DNA of 64,000 nucleotides from Eledone cirrhosa (GCA_964016885.1 OZ024740.1:336350001-336414000), one strand, 5' to 3'; shown: positions 1 through 12,210, numbered from the stretch's first letter. Numbers and translations are program-made. The notes: generated by a model from the letters alone, not told the origin.

Positions 1-3000
1 CGATGACTTTGAGGTGCATGCATCTCTCTGTCAACCTGGAGGTGGGGGTGGGGTTGTCGTGCTGCTGCAAAAACACCTGGGTCTTGCCGTACAGGTTGTG
101 CACTCGGACCCGGAGGGTCGTTTGTTGGTGCTAGACGTTGGCAGTAGTGAAAGTGCGGCCTTGAGACTGGTCGCCGTCTACTCCCCTTTCGGAGCTGAAC
201 GGCCCGACTTCTTCCAGCGTTTGGAGACTTTTCTGGGAACGTCGCGTTCCCTGCTTCTAGCGGGGGATTGGAATGACATCCTAGATGCACGTTGGGACTA
301 TGCAGGAGCATGTCCTAATAGAGGGGGGTGTAACAGCCTCAAGGGGTTACTCGACCGTTTTAACTTGGTCGATAGATATCGACTAGATTTTCCAACTGTG
401 CCTACCTGGACTTGGAGAAACCACAGTGGTCAATCTAGATCGTACTTAGATAGATTCTTAGTTAGAAGTAAGGATAGGGACATATTAAGCTGTCCAGAAA
501 TGCGCACGGTTGGCTACACGGATCACAAATTAGTGACCTGCGTGGTCAATCTCGAGAAAACACATAGACAGGGTCCCGGTTACTGGAAACTTAATTTGTC
601 TTTACCGGCAAAAGAGACTTACAGAAACCGGATTAGCAGATTAGTTAAGGAGAGGTTGACGGGTGCAATCGTCAACAACCGATGGTGGGCATCTCTCAAA
701 AGAGAGATTAGAACAGAATCAATAAGCTATAGCAAGATGTTAGCTGCCAATAGGAATAGAAACGAGAAAGAATTAACAGGTAAATTAGAAGAGGCAATCA
801 AGAGCGAAGATGTGGCCAGAGTGCTGGCATCGAGGACGGCCTTGAACCAGTTTTTCGATGCAAAGCATGAAGGCTGCGTCATTCGAAGTAAAATACGTGC
901 TCTAGGTAATGAGGGGGCCAAAGCCGTTGGATGGGCCCGCGTGACAGAAGCTAAAAGTGGAAATCGATCCACCATCCGGTCGTTGCAAGACGAAGATGGA
1001 CGAGTGATCCGGGAGCCTAAGCAGATGTGCGAGGCCTTTCAAAAGCACTTTGCCCGATTGTTCGGGGGAGGCGAGGGTCCGGGCCGGGGCGTGAATTTCG
1101 GTCCATACCTCGACGGCCTGCCGCGTCTCTCGAACAAAGAGGCGGAGTCCTGCGAGGGACCAATCTCGGCTGATGAGATCGGAGATGCGCTGAGCCAATG
1201 CAGCAGACGCAAATCTCCAGGTCTCGATGGTATACCTTACGAACTTTATTTAGCAATGCCGGTCTTCTTCTCCGAACTCCTCGAAGCGGTCTACTGCAAT
1301 TGGCAGCAGAACGGGAGAATTCCTTGTTCTGTAGCCAAGGGCGTAGTCACGCTGGTGAGGAAGGACGAGAACAAGGGGGATAGTATAAATAATTTTCGGC
1401 CCATAACCCTGCTAAACACAGAGTTAAAGATTTTGGCCAAGGTGTTAGCAAAGAGGTTGGCGCTTGTCGTGGGTGGCCTGGTGGGAGATGCGCAGACATG
1501 TGCTATCCCATCCAGGTCCATTCACGATAACCTCCACCTCATGCGATACATCATAGAGAGGGTTGGCAACAAACCCGGCTTCGGTGGGGCCCTGATCAAC
1601 TTGGATCAGTCTAAGGCCTTCGATAGGGTCGACCATGGTTACCTGGATGCGGTGCTAGCGGCGGCTGGGTTCGGTCCTGTTTTCAGAGGCTGGATCACTG
1701 CCCTACATAGCAACCACATCTGTTCTAGGATCAAGGTGAACGGCTACCTTTCGAAGCCGTTCGAAATCACACGATCCATTCGACAGGGGTGCCCTCTCTC
1801 CTCCCTTCTGTACGTATTGACTCTCGAGCCTTTACTGAGGAAGTTGGAGTTGTTGCAGGGTATCCCCCTGGAACCAGGATTGAGCAAAGCGGTGTCGGCC
1901 TACGCCGATGACGTAACAGTAATGGTATCAACTGACTCGGAGATCGAGGCGATCGGTACCTTACTGGAGGAGTACGAAAGGTTGTCAGGAGCGAAACTGA
2001 ACCGGGAAAAATCCATCGGGCTGCAACTCGGAACGTGGAGAGGCAGACCGATGCCTCCCGATGGTGTCGTCGGACACTGGACGGAGGGCCCGGTAAAGTT
2101 GCTTGGGGTCTGGTTTGGACCGGACCTCCAGGTGGAAAAGAACTGGAACGAGGTTACGAACAAGGTGTTTGCACTAACCCAGAAATGGGCCAAGTGTAAG
2201 CTGTCCCTAAAAGGCCGGGCGGAGGTGGCGAACATTTACATAGCGTCCGTCACTTACTACCGCCTGACTGTCGTGCCTTGCCCTAAGGAAACACTCACCA
2301 CCATGGAACGCATGCTCTTCCAATTTCTTTGGAAGAAGCGTCCTCCTATGGTGAGAAGATCCATCTGCTGCCAACAACCTTCGAAAGGAGGGCTGGGGAT
2401 GCCGTGGTTGATGATGCGTAGGCACGCATTAAGGCTACGGCACCTACAGGTATTCCTCACTGGTCAACCGGTGTGGGCTCCGTTCGTGAAACGAGCCTTT
2501 CCGAGACTCGTCTCACTCACCGAGCTACAGTCCTGGGTCAAGCAAAGATCCGGAAAACTGGGAGACTGGCACACTGAGTGTGCTCAGGCGCTCAGGGCTC
2601 TCTGGCAAGCGGGCCGGGCCATCGGTGGAGAATCCACCTCATCATTCTATAGAGGGCTGGTGGCTAGCAGGGGCGATGACACCCTTGGAGAGTCGCTGGA
2701 CATGGAAGAAGACGAACTGGCCAGCCTGTTCGGTAGGACTTTCGGCCCAGGACCAAAGGACAACTTCCAGAAGTCACTGGCCTGGCAGTGCTACCGAGGG
2801 GCTCTACCCGTTCGAGAGAGGCTCTACAGACACGGGCGCCCGGGCAGGGATCCCTCAAAAAAGATTTGCCCTAGATGCGTGCGTCACGAAGAAACCGTGG
2901 CGCACGCATTGGTGCAATGTCCGGGCGTGGCTGATCTGTGGGGCTACGCCGAACAACTGCTGTCGCGGGTGGCGCCGATTAAATTGACAGCCGAGTCCGT

Positions 3001-3283
3001 GATGACAATCAAACCGCCTCCCCTCTTCACAAAGGAAGCAAAGGCGGTTTTTCTGTGCGTAATAGCCATGTTGAAAGAGGTTGTTTGGTGGACACGATTG
3101 AAAGGTCTGAGGTCAGGCAACTTCCTCTCTGGCCATAGTCTGGTCTACTTCTTCCGATATCACTTCGGAAGAAGGATAAGAATGGAGAGAGAGGTGCTTG
3201 GCCACAGGCAGTTTTATGAAAGGTGGGTGATAGTGGCGAGAATGGCTCGTGTAAATGGGCCTTCTCTGTATACCATCCTGTAG
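1..3283 (+). CDS. Tx1/L1-group non-LTR retrotransposon ORF2 (APE endonuclease, reverse transcriptase, zf-RVT); 5' end lies outside the window
   Basis: Stop-free 1089-aa frame. EN motifs GDWN, YLDRFLV, TDH. RT motifs SPGLDG, NFRPITLLN, LDQSKAFDRVDH, RQGCPLS, YADD. C-terminal CPRC...ETVAHALVQCP. Confidence 0.95.
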   Translation, partial: DDFEVHASLCQPGGGGGVVVLLQKHLGLAVQVVHSDPEGRLLVLDVGSSESAALRLVAVYSPFGAERPDFFQRLETFLGTSRSLLLAGDWNDILDARWDYAGACPNRGGCNSLKGLLDRFNLVDRYRLDFPTVPTWTWRNHSGQSRSYLDRFLVRSKDRDILSCPEMRTVGYTDHKLVTCVVNLEKTHRQGPGYWKLNLSLPAKETYRNRISRLVKERLTGAIVNNRWWASLKREIRTESISYSKMLAANRNRNEKELTGKLEEAIKSEDVARVLASRTALNQFFDAKHEGCVIRSKIRALGNEGAKAVGWARVTEAKSGNRSTIRSLQDEDGRVIREPKQMCEAFQKHFARLFGGGEGPGRGVNFGPYLDGLPRLSNKEAESCEGPISADEIGDALSQCSRRKSPGLDGIPYELYLAMPVFFSELLEAVYCNWQQNGRIPCSVAKGVVTLVRKDENKGDSINNFRPITLLNTELKILAKVLAKRLALVVGGLVGDAQTCAIPSRSIHDNLHLMRYIIERVGNKPGFGGALINLDQSKAFDRVDHGYLDAVLAAAGFGPVFRGWITALHSNHICSRIKVNGYLSKPFEITRSIRQGCPLSSLLYVLTLEPLLRKLELLQGIPLEPGLSKAVSAYADDVTVMVSTDSEIEAIGTLLEEYERLSGAKLNREKSIGLQLGTWRGRPMPPDGVVGHWTEGPVKLLGVWFGPDLQVEKNWNEVTNKVFALTQKWAKCKLSLKGRAEVANIYIASVTYYRLTVVPCPKETLTTMERMLFQFLWKKRPPMVRRSICCQQPSKGGLGMPWLMMRRHALRLRHLQVFLTGQPVWAPFVKRAFPRLVSLTELQSWVKQRSGKLGDWHTECAQALRALWQAGRAIGGESTSSFYRGLVASRGDDTLGESLDMEEDELASLFGRTFGPGPKDNFQKSLAWQCYRGALPVRERLYRHGRPGRDPSKKICPRCVRHEETVAHALVQCPGVADLWGYAEQLLSRVAPIKLTAESVMTIKPPPLFTKEAKAVFLCVIAMLKEVVWWTRLKGLRSGNFLSGHSLVYFFRYHFGRRIRMEREVLGHRQFYERWVIVARMARVNGPSLYTIL

Positions 3284-3497
3284 GTAAAGAAGTAAAGGAG
3301 AGGGGAGCACCTTCTCCATGTGCTCCCCGGGCAAAGGATTGCACACTTTTTCGGGGGTGTGTGCAACCCCCATCACGTCCCCTCCCTTTTGAGGTTATTT
3401 TCGATTATTTTCATGTTACACCCTTTTTACTCGATTATATGTAAACTCCCCCTTTGTATTTGTCCCTTCTTTTTATGCCTTTATGGTAAATAAAGAA

Positions 3498-3529
<32 letters not shown>
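3284..3529 (+). mobile_element. 3' UTR and (TATC)n tail of the Tx1-like LINE
   Basis: AATAAA at 3489-3494 followed directly by a (TATC)n tract; the 3' UTR start resembles the relative at 38.3 kb. Confidence 0.8.
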
Positions 3530-4195
3530 GCCTTCGTACTTATTCTTATTTCTCTCTCTCCCTCTCTCTCTTTCTCTCTCTCCCTCTCTTTCTCTCTCCT
3601 TCTCTCTCTCTTTCTCTTACTCTCTCTCTTTCTCTTTTCATCTCCCTCTCTCTTACTCTCTCTCTCTCTTTCGTACTTATTTCTCTCTCTCCCCCTCTCT
3701 CTCTCTCTTTCTCTCCTTCACTCCCTCATTCACTCCTCTTACTCTATTCCCTCACCTGTTGCCCCTTCGTCCCACTCATTATACCTTCCCACTCTTTTTC
3801 TTTCCTTCTCTTTTACATATTAACTAATCTGTTTTACAGCATATTTGATACAGTCATTTATTTCGCCATACACCTCTATCTCCACCTCTAATCAGATGAC
3901 CAATCAAATCACTTGCAATTAACAACCAATCAAAAGACAGTATAATCCAATTTCCCCAGATATTTTTTTATTGACTCCTCCTTAATTCTCTGAATTTACA
4001 ATTTATATATTTATATATTTAGAGCATGGGTGGAAATGAGGATTTATGGGACGCAGAACTAGATGTGTACTGTGTTTGGTTAGGTAACAAAAAAGTAGAA
4101 CTAGTTATATACTATATTGATCCAACCATCTATATACATTCCCTAAAATTTCGCTACAAAAGAGTAACCATAATATTTTTCTATTTTATGTTATA

Positions 4196-4292
4196 ATTGT
4201 TTCTACATTTGGCACAAGGCCAGCAATTATCCCAGTGTATTACTGGTACTTTATTTTATCGACCCTGTAAGGATGAAAGGCAAAGTCAACTT
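4196..4292 (-). mobile_element. tRNA-derived SINE family A, 3' fragment
   Basis: Matches the 14706-14928 copy (ggcacaaggccagcaatt...tactggtactttattttatcgaccc...aggatgaaaggcaaagt). Confidence 0.85.
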
Positions 4293-4399
4293 TGTTTCTT
4301 ATTGTGGTATCAGGGAGTCAAATTTTCGGTAAAGCTATGGGTGGTCGCGCCGTCTGCTTGTTGATCTGATGATGATAGACTTTCCAGTGAGAAAAACGT

Positions 4400-5200
4400 A
4401 TGAGCGCTCAGTTGTTCCACCAAATGTTCTAATATTGATGGCGGGTTTTGTTGAAGTAATTGTTCTTGAAGATTCTTTGAAACTTCTGTACACTGTCTTG
4501 AAAGATGCTAACATTAAATTTCTTGATATTGTTTCTGATGCTGATGTTTCTATGCTGGTGAATCTAATATTTCATTGAGAATAAGATGAGGTGTGGTCAG
4601 TCAGATATGCTTGTTCTTTCCAGTAACAGCTCTTATTTTCTCGTTGATCGAGAGATCGTACAATGATGTAGTAAACGAGGTACTGGTATTTGGAGAGTGA
4701 ATCTTTCTGTCTATCTTTCCACAGAAATAGTGTTTGTTATCACTACATTGAGTTCAACAGATTTAGTGAGAAGAGTATTCTATTAGCATTGGCCTTGCCA
4801 AATCCTTTTTTTTTTTTTTTCATTTGCTCTAGTTCAGAGATTCTGATCTTTCTTGATGATGGCATTGATGTCTCATAAGACAAATGTTCTTGTCGTGGTT
4901 GGAAACAAAGAAAATGGCGTCCTCAAGCTGAGTATATAAATTCGTTTTACTTCATCTTCAGCGTCTGGATGATGGAGGCATGGAAGTTTATGACGAATTG
5001 TATTAGAAGAGTCATATCGTGAAATCCCAGTGATTGCTCTGTCAGCTTCTGAAGTAGGCTGTTTCTGATGGTAAAACTTGCTGAATAGATCGTCGGTTGT
5101 TTAGGCCGAAGTCTTTATAATAAAAGGTACATTGATCTTGCTCTTCCTACCGATGCCGCTGAGTATCACTCAAACAAGTTTGTCAAAATTGAATTTTTGG
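4400..5200 (-). pseudogene. Highly decayed RTE-type APE endonuclease remnant
   Basis: Minus-strand pieces DAEDEVK..TQLEDAI, *DINAIIK (cf. GDFNARVG) and GFGKANAN..VITNT are collinear with the EN of the 48-52 kb RTE. Confidence 0.6.
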
Positions 5201-6024
5201 AGTTTCCGAACAAAAACCGCAGCCATTTTTTCTGATCGATAGAGTTCGTTATGACCCAAGTTGTTACAAATTTCATAGTCTTGCATCTCATTGTTTTCCA
5301 ACTGTATGATGATGATCCTTGATGATTCCAGAAAAGAAGCAGACTATTTAGGGCACTTCTTTTCTAGATAAAGTGCAATTGAATTGATACTACATAAAGC
5401 TGTTGAAACATGAATATTGAATTCAAAATTTGACCGAATAAGTCAAATATTTACTGCTTTCATACAGCATCGTAACTAAAACTTTCGCCGCCACATTTTT
5501 GACAACATCACTCTTTCTCGATCGTCGAAAGTCTTGTAGGGTTAGTTCTGGTGTACAGAAGAAAGACGTTGCATGTATGTTTGTTTAGCGTGCATCTAAC
5601 GTTCACTCTAAGAAGCAAACGTTACTTCAGAGATAAAATAACTAAATCCAAAGGCAAAGAAATCAAAACAATTGAAGCTAATTGATCTGTTACAGCTTTT
5701 ATTTGCCTTCATATCTGTTGTTTTTAAGTTAACTTCGTCCACCTGATCTAATGTTGAGATCTTGTAAGTTTATACATTGGATCGGTCTTAGTCAGCATCA
5801 TCATCATCCGTAAATTTGCTTTCGCACATGTCACTTCACAATGGCAAGACAGGTAATCCATAAGAAGTGAGAGGACGTAGTATTTTGTAAGAATGATCAA
5901 TTAAAAATGGAGCAACAAATATAGGAATGAAAAGATTATTTTAATGGGGAGATCTTAAAGATTAGATGTATAATGTCAAAATGTGAGATGGCTAAGGATA
6001 TTGTGTGCAAACAAAACATATCCA

Positions 6025-6370
6025 TCATGGACTATGTCAGTCATACATGGGCTCCTAATCTGTCAAACAACCCACAATAAGTACAAAAACACAAAACAGC
6101 ACAATGCACATCATAACAGGTTGTACAAAAACCACTAACACGGAACACCTCCACAGCTAAACGAAAAGACCATTAAGACCATTTTAGGGATACAATCTGT
6201 TGCCACAGTAAGCATGAACACAGTTCCACCTTCAAACCCCTAAACACAAATACAACACTCCAGAACACTTGCATAACTATCCTAAAAACACTACCTCTGA
6301 CCTTGCTTGTCTCTGCTGCTGCGGCCATCACTAAAATCTACAGACACGGCAGGAATAGAATAGACAATGG
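6025..6370 (+). pseudogene. Decayed I/Jockey-group LINE, post-RT fragment
   Basis: Translates in pieces as DYVSHTWAPNLS...QNSTMHIITGCTKTTNTEHLH and LA.L.CGHH, typical of I/Jockey-group ORF2 C-termini. Confidence 0.55.
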
Positions 6371-6527
6371 AAACACTATTTCCCAACTCTTACAGAGTTG
6401 TAAGGATTTAAAATACCTTGGTGTTTGTTCCGTTTCACTGGGCTCCCAGTTCAAACCATGCCGAGGTCAATTTTGCCTTTCGTCCTTCTGATATCGATAA
6501 ATACCAATACAATACTGGGTAGAGTAG

Positions 6528-6529
<2 letters not shown>

Positions 6530-6572
<43 letters not shown>

Positions 6573-6632
6573 TCTCTCTCTCTATCCCTCTCTCTCTCTC
6601 TCTCTCTCTCTCTCCTTCTCAGTCTCTCTCTC

Positions 6633-6670
<38 letters not shown>

Positions 6671-6714
6671 CTTCTCAGTCTCTCTCTCTATCTCTCTCAC
6701 TCTCTCTCTCTCTA

Positions 6715-6754
<40 letters not shown>

Positions 6755-6770
6755 TCTCAGTCTCTCTCTC

Positions 6771-6802
<32 letters not shown>

Positions 6803-6803
6803 A
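6530..6803. repeat. (CT)n microsatellite with higher-order duplication
   Basis: Direct reading. The overlapping ORF is an artefact. Confidence 0.95.
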
Positions 6804-7324
6804 TTTTTTTCTTTGAAAACAATTGGTTGTGTTCCGACCTGATACGAGACGGGCTCCACCGAGTTTAAAATGTCTGGCATATCGTATGTCAAGACGGCGC
6901 TCATAAAATTCCAACAGGAGTTAAGGGCCTTTTACCTTTGCTTCTTTACTCAATGTGTTTCTTTATTCCATGGCGGAGAAGGTAGCATGATTCCTAGTCG
7001 TCACTGGGAAGATGAATTGGTGAGTCATAGTTCGTTGTTCGCCCGACTACTTTTGTGTCATAATACTGGTTAATCGAAAATTAACTGAGAATATACAACA
7101 ATAATAACATGTTACGCATACTTCATATGCATCATACAGACTTGTAACGTACCTCCCTCACACATTCTGTCTACCACACCTACCACATATAGTATATACC
7201 AAACGTATCACACACGCACACAACAAATATACGATGCTTACAAACAGGTGTATACTGTACATAGATATGTGTCTGTGTGTGTGTGTGTGTGTGTGTGTAT
7301 ACGTATTTGTACATATATATATGT

Positions 7325-7417
<93 letters not shown>

Positions 7418-7439
7418 CGTGTGTGTGTATCTGTGTGTG

Positions 7440-7487
<48 letters not shown>

Positions 7488-7919
7488 TGTTTATATGTGT
7501 GTGTATGTATGTTTATATAACCGTACACATACAAACACACACATATACATGAAATCTACCACTCGCATAAACACATAGACGAAGTTAATTAAATGCCTTC
7601 TGGGGTACTATGTATGTATGTGTATCTATGTTGGTTTTGTTTTTGGTTATCGTTTTGTTTACCTTTCATGTTATTTTTGTGCTTCAAGGTGTTGTTTTCA
7701 CCAGAGATCTTCTCACGTAGGCCGCTTATTAACATCAACTACATATAGCCGCAAACCAGTGTCTTCTTTCCTATAATACCCTTGACTCTCATACATTTCG
7801 TCTTCTTCGTGTTCGAATATAACAAAATATAACACAAACTCATTAAGATTTTTCTTTCCGTTTGATCGATTTTGCAAAAATAAAAGGAATAATAATTATT
7901 ATTATTACTATCATTATTA

Positions 7920-8330
7920 TTTCTAATTTAGGAACAAGGCCAACGATTTGGAAGGAAGGAAAATTGGGAAGGAAAATTGTCACTATTTGACAGGTATTTT
8001 AATCTATCGAACCCAGAAAAAATGATAGGCTATGTTGACCACGGTGGGATTCGAATTCAGGACGTAAAGATCCGCAACATATATCATAATATTTCATCCG
8101 ACGCTCTACTAATTCTGTCAATTCACCGTCCTTACAATAATGGTTTCTTATATAGGTACAAGGCCAGCAATTTTGGGAGAAGGGAAAGTCAATTAAATCG
8201 ACCCCAGTGCGTGACTGGTACTTTATTTTATCGACCCCCGTAAGGATGAAAGGCAAAGTTAACCTCGGCGGGATTTGGACTCAGATCATAAATCCTCTAC
8301 CGATACTGCCAACCCACCTCCCTCACTGTC
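7920..8330 (-). mobile_element. Two adjacent SINE family A copies
   Basis: Two consecutive matches to family A (about 7920-8130 diverged; about 8140-8330). Confidence 0.85.
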
Positions 8331-8339
8331 CCTACAATA

Positions 8340-8720
8340 ATTTTTTTTTTTCTCTATTGGCCACATGGGCCGAAATATGGAGTGGGCGTGTGCTTTGTGT
8401 AGAGTGCTGTATTGTTTGCTGGTTCTTGCTGTTGTTGGTAGTGGTGATGATGGTTCTGTTGCTACTGTTGGTGGTTCTGTTGGTCCTGCTGGTGCTGGTG
8501 ATGCTGTTGTTGCAGCTACTACTACCTGTGTTAGTGTCACTGCTTTTCCTATTCGCTGCTGGGGCTCTTGTTATTGTTGAGGCCCTGGTGTTGGCAACAA
8601 TGGTACTCGGTGCTCCCCCACTGTCTACTGTAGAGGTCAGAAAGCTCTTAGGTGGGTGGTTTCTCCACCTTGGTGACACCTAGGCTTTTTGTCCTCATTG
8701 ATCACCCGTAGTTCTACGCC
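8340..8720 (-). mobile_element. Internally deleted Tx1-like element: ORF1 zinc-knuckle remnant fused to the 3' terminus
   Basis: Minus strand EDKKPRCHQGGETTHLRAF*P is a decayed homolog of the knuckle at 40053-40094. 8355-8375 matches the 3' end at 38075-38093 (tattggccaca.gggccgaaa). Confidence 0.7.
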
Positions 8721-8744
8721 ACCTGTCGAAGATAGACTCTGCAC

Positions 8745-8870
8745 CAAGGATTGAACCGCTCCAGAAGACATGCCTACTGGGAACGGGTCAAATATGCTAG
8801 CAGTAGTGAAATGACAAGGAAGGCTATAAAGATGTTGGGTTACTAGTTGTAGCTCGGTATTCCCTAAAAT
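8745..8870 (+). mobile_element. 3' tip of an R4/Dong-like RLE LINE
   Basis: IEPLQKTCLLGTGQI resembles the LQK..LLGTA.I C-terminal motif of RLE-bearing elements. Confidence 0.5.
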
Positions 8871-8919
8871 AACTGGCCCAAAGCAGCGTCAATCGAAGTT
8901 GGTCATGATAAATAGAAAA

Positions 8920-9505
8920 TAATTGTTTCTACTTTAGGCACAAGGCCAGCAATTACCCAGTGCATTACTGGTACTTTATTTTATCTACCCCGTAAGGATG
9001 AAAGGCAAAGTCAACCTCGGCGGGATTTGAACTCAGATCGTAAAGGGACGTAACTATGCTGGAAAGCATGGCGTCCGACCCTCTACCGATACTGCCAATC
9101 CACCACCCTAATAGAAAATAATAGTAATTATAATGACTTCTAGTATAGGCACAAAGCCAGTAATTTGGAGGGAGGGGAAAGTCGATTAAATCGACCCCAG
9201 TACGTTACCGGTACTTTATTTTATCAACCCCGTAAGGATGAAAGGCAAAGTTAACCTCGGCAGAATTTGAACTCAGACCGTAAAGGACCGTAACTCTATG
9301 CTGCAAATAATAATAATTATAATAACAATTCTTTCTAGCTTTGGCACAAGGCCAGCAATTTGAGGGAAGGGCGAAGTAAATTATATCGACGCTAGTATTT
9401 TATTTTATCGACCTCGAAAGGATGAAAGCAAAGTTTACCTCGGCGGGATTTGAACCGGGAACGTAAAGAGCCGGAACAAATACTGCGAAATATTTGTCCG
9501 ACCTA
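8920..9505 (-). mobile_element. Three head-to-tail SINE family A copies
   Basis: Copies at about 8922-9110, 9135-9305 and 9330-9505, separated by (AAT)n-like tails. Confidence 0.88.
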
Positions 9506-9570
9506 TAAAAGAAGAAGAAGAAGAAGAAGAAGAAGAAGAAGAAGAAGAAGAAGAAAGTTATGTTGATGAA

Positions 9571-9610
<40 letters not shown>

Positions 9611-10857
9611 GGAGGAGGAGGAGGGGGGGGGGGGGGGGCTTGACATTGAACCAGATGTTTCCCTGGTTTAACTGCCAAATAAATCCTGCAAACGTTTCCT
9701 TCATTGAACGCTGTTTTCAATAATGGTCAAATCCAGGATGGAACAGCCTCTCTCAAAGATAAACAGTAAACACCACACCACACTACACCACACATCTATC
9801 CTATCGATTATCGATTGCTTCGTGATCGTCGAGTTGATGTGCTGACTGTATAGCAATCGAATTCATCTTAATTTCAGATTTGGGTGCAAGAGAAGCAAAA
9901 ATTGGAAACATAAAAAAAATTCAGAAGGGGTGTGGGTGGAGAGGAAAAGGAGGAGGAAGAGGATGTTGAGAAGGAGAGAAAGAGAAGAGGAGAAAGTGTG
10001 GTTGAGGAGAGGCGGGGGGGGAGAACGTGAGGTTCAGGATGGGAGGAGGTTGAGGAGGTGAATGATGTAGAGGATGAGAAAGAAGGGGAAAATTTAGAGG
10101 AGGGGAGGGGTAGGAGGGGTGGGAGGATGTGGTGGAGCAGGGAGGGGAAGAGGAGGAGGGGGATGATTTAGGGGAGGAGGAGGGGGAGTAAGAAACATCT
10201 GTAAATAGATATTGGAATATCACATAAAACATAAAACATGTCCTTATATCTATTGCACTTCGTCATATATTACGACCCTGTTCAATGTTATATAAAATAT
10301 ATAAATAAACACAACACTCATATCAATCTAATCTCTCAACACTGAGCTCGTTATTACAGCTATATTATATACAGAAAGTAAATTGGTAATGGAGTAGCGA
10401 TTTTACATTAAACTAAAATCTTTATCTTTATGTCCTGAACGAGAGAGAAAGAGTGTATGTGAGATATCTTTTCGCGGTCTTTTTAACTTCAACAGATGTT
10501 GCATTGATTATATAAATAAAAAGTAAAAGTTACTTTGAGCTTATATAGTTTGTTGCAATCCTATTTCTATGTTTTCTTTGCTTTTAATCCCATTATATCT
10601 AGACAGTGTATTCTCAAGATACTACGAGCTAAAAAAAACTTATTCGGATATGTTTTCTGTTCAAGTGTTCTCGAATTCTACTCTCCACTTCCCTGGGGCA
10701 CTAGATAACATAAAACCCAACGACATTGTGTGAAAATTTACATATTTTTGTTATTCAAAACAAAAAGTTTTCTAATATATTTCTTGGAGTCAAAATGTTC
10801 GTCGTACTACAGTGCGAACTGATCATTGAGGCATCTACAGTGGAACTAAGTTAGTGA

Positions 10858-11520
10858 CCAGGTCGCAACTGCAGTGAAGCTGTGGCAGTGGCCATAACAC
10901 AACTGCAGTGAAGCTGTGGCAGTGGCCATGACACAACTGCAGTGAAGCTGTGGCAGTGGCCATAACACAACTGCAGTGAAGCTGTGGCAGTGGCCATGAC
11001 ACAACTGCAGTGAAGCTGTGGCAGTGGCCATAACACAACTGCAGTGAAGCTGTGGCAGTGGCCATGACACAACTGCAGTGAAGCTGTGGCAGTGGCCATG
11101 ACACAACTGCAGTGAAGCTGTGGCAGTGGCCATAACACAACTGCAGTGAAGCTGTGGCAGTGGCCATGACATAACTGCAGTGAAGCTGTGGCAGTGGCCA
11201 TAACACAACTGCAGTGAAGCTGTGGCAGTGGCCATGACACAACTGCAGTGAAGCTGTGGCAGTGGCCATAACACAACTGCAGTGAAGCTGTGGCAGTGGC
11301 CATAACACAACTGCAGTGAAGCTGTGGCAGTGGCCAGGTCGCAACTGCAGTGAAGCTGTGGCAGTGGCCATGACACAACTGCAGTGAAGCTGTGGCAGTA
11401 GCCATGACACAACTGCAGTGAAGCTGTGGCAGTGGCCATGACACAACTGCAGTGAAGCTGTGGCAGTGGCCATAACACAACTGCAGTAAAGCTGTGGAAG
11501 TAGCCATGACACAACTGCAG
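10858..11520. repeat. 34-bp minisatellite, about 19 copies (ACACAACTGCAGTGAAGCTGTGGCAGTGGCCATR)
   Basis: Period 34 read directly (e.g. 11101 to 11135). Near-identical units, no spacers. Confidence 0.97.
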
Positions 11521-12024
11521 TACGACGAAAATGTGAACACCAAAAAATATATGATAAATGTAAAGTGAATTTGACAGTTTTTGTGTGTTTTTGAATAGCT
11601 AAAATAACTCTTCTGCGGTGTAATTGATTATGTATTATACTCTCCAAATATCAAACTAATATTATTTCATAGTTTTTTTTACTCTCGATTGGATATCACA
11701 AACTTTGATCCAATTTCCCACAGACTGCACACAATTCTAATTCAACAGATTTTAGCCAAGACCGATGAATTTCATTTGAATACAGGAATTATTCAAAGAA
11801 GTCTGAGAGCTGCATCAAGCTATCAGGATAGCTTTAGAATTACTAACAGAAGGATCACCTAGAGACTTAACTTTAAAATATTCCAACTCATCTTACTATG
11901 AATAGGTGTTCTATGTAAATACAACTAACTAAAGTTAATGACAAGAATACTGCAACTGCAAATTTCCGACTGCTCCAGTTATCTTGCAGTGTTGAATTCC
12001 AATCACTTCATGCGTATACTTAAT

Positions 12025-12210
12025 ATTGTTTCTACTTTTGGCACAAGGCCAGAAATTATCCCAGTGTATTACTGGTGCTTTATTTTATCGACCCCGTAAG
12101 GATGAAAAGCAAAGTTAACCTCGGCGGGATTTGAACTCAGACCATAAAGGGCCGTAACTCTTTACTGCAAAGCATGACGTCAAACCCTCTACCGATACTG
12201 CCAATCCACT
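12025..12210 (-). mobile_element. SINE family A
   Basis: Near full-length match to 14706-14928. Confidence 0.88.

Noticed and set aside
4330-4365. QADGATTH resembling the Tc1/mariner QQDGA motif
   Set aside because: No surrounding transposase similarity; the neighbouring sequence is an RTE endonuclease remnant.
10858-11520. CRISPR-like array of ~34-bp repeats
   Set aside because: Units are contiguous with no unique spacers, there are no cas genes, and the context is eukaryotic.
10835-11647. Cys/His-rich 220-270 aa ORFs in three frames
   Set aside because: A by-product of a stop-free 34-bp unit; no splice or homology support.
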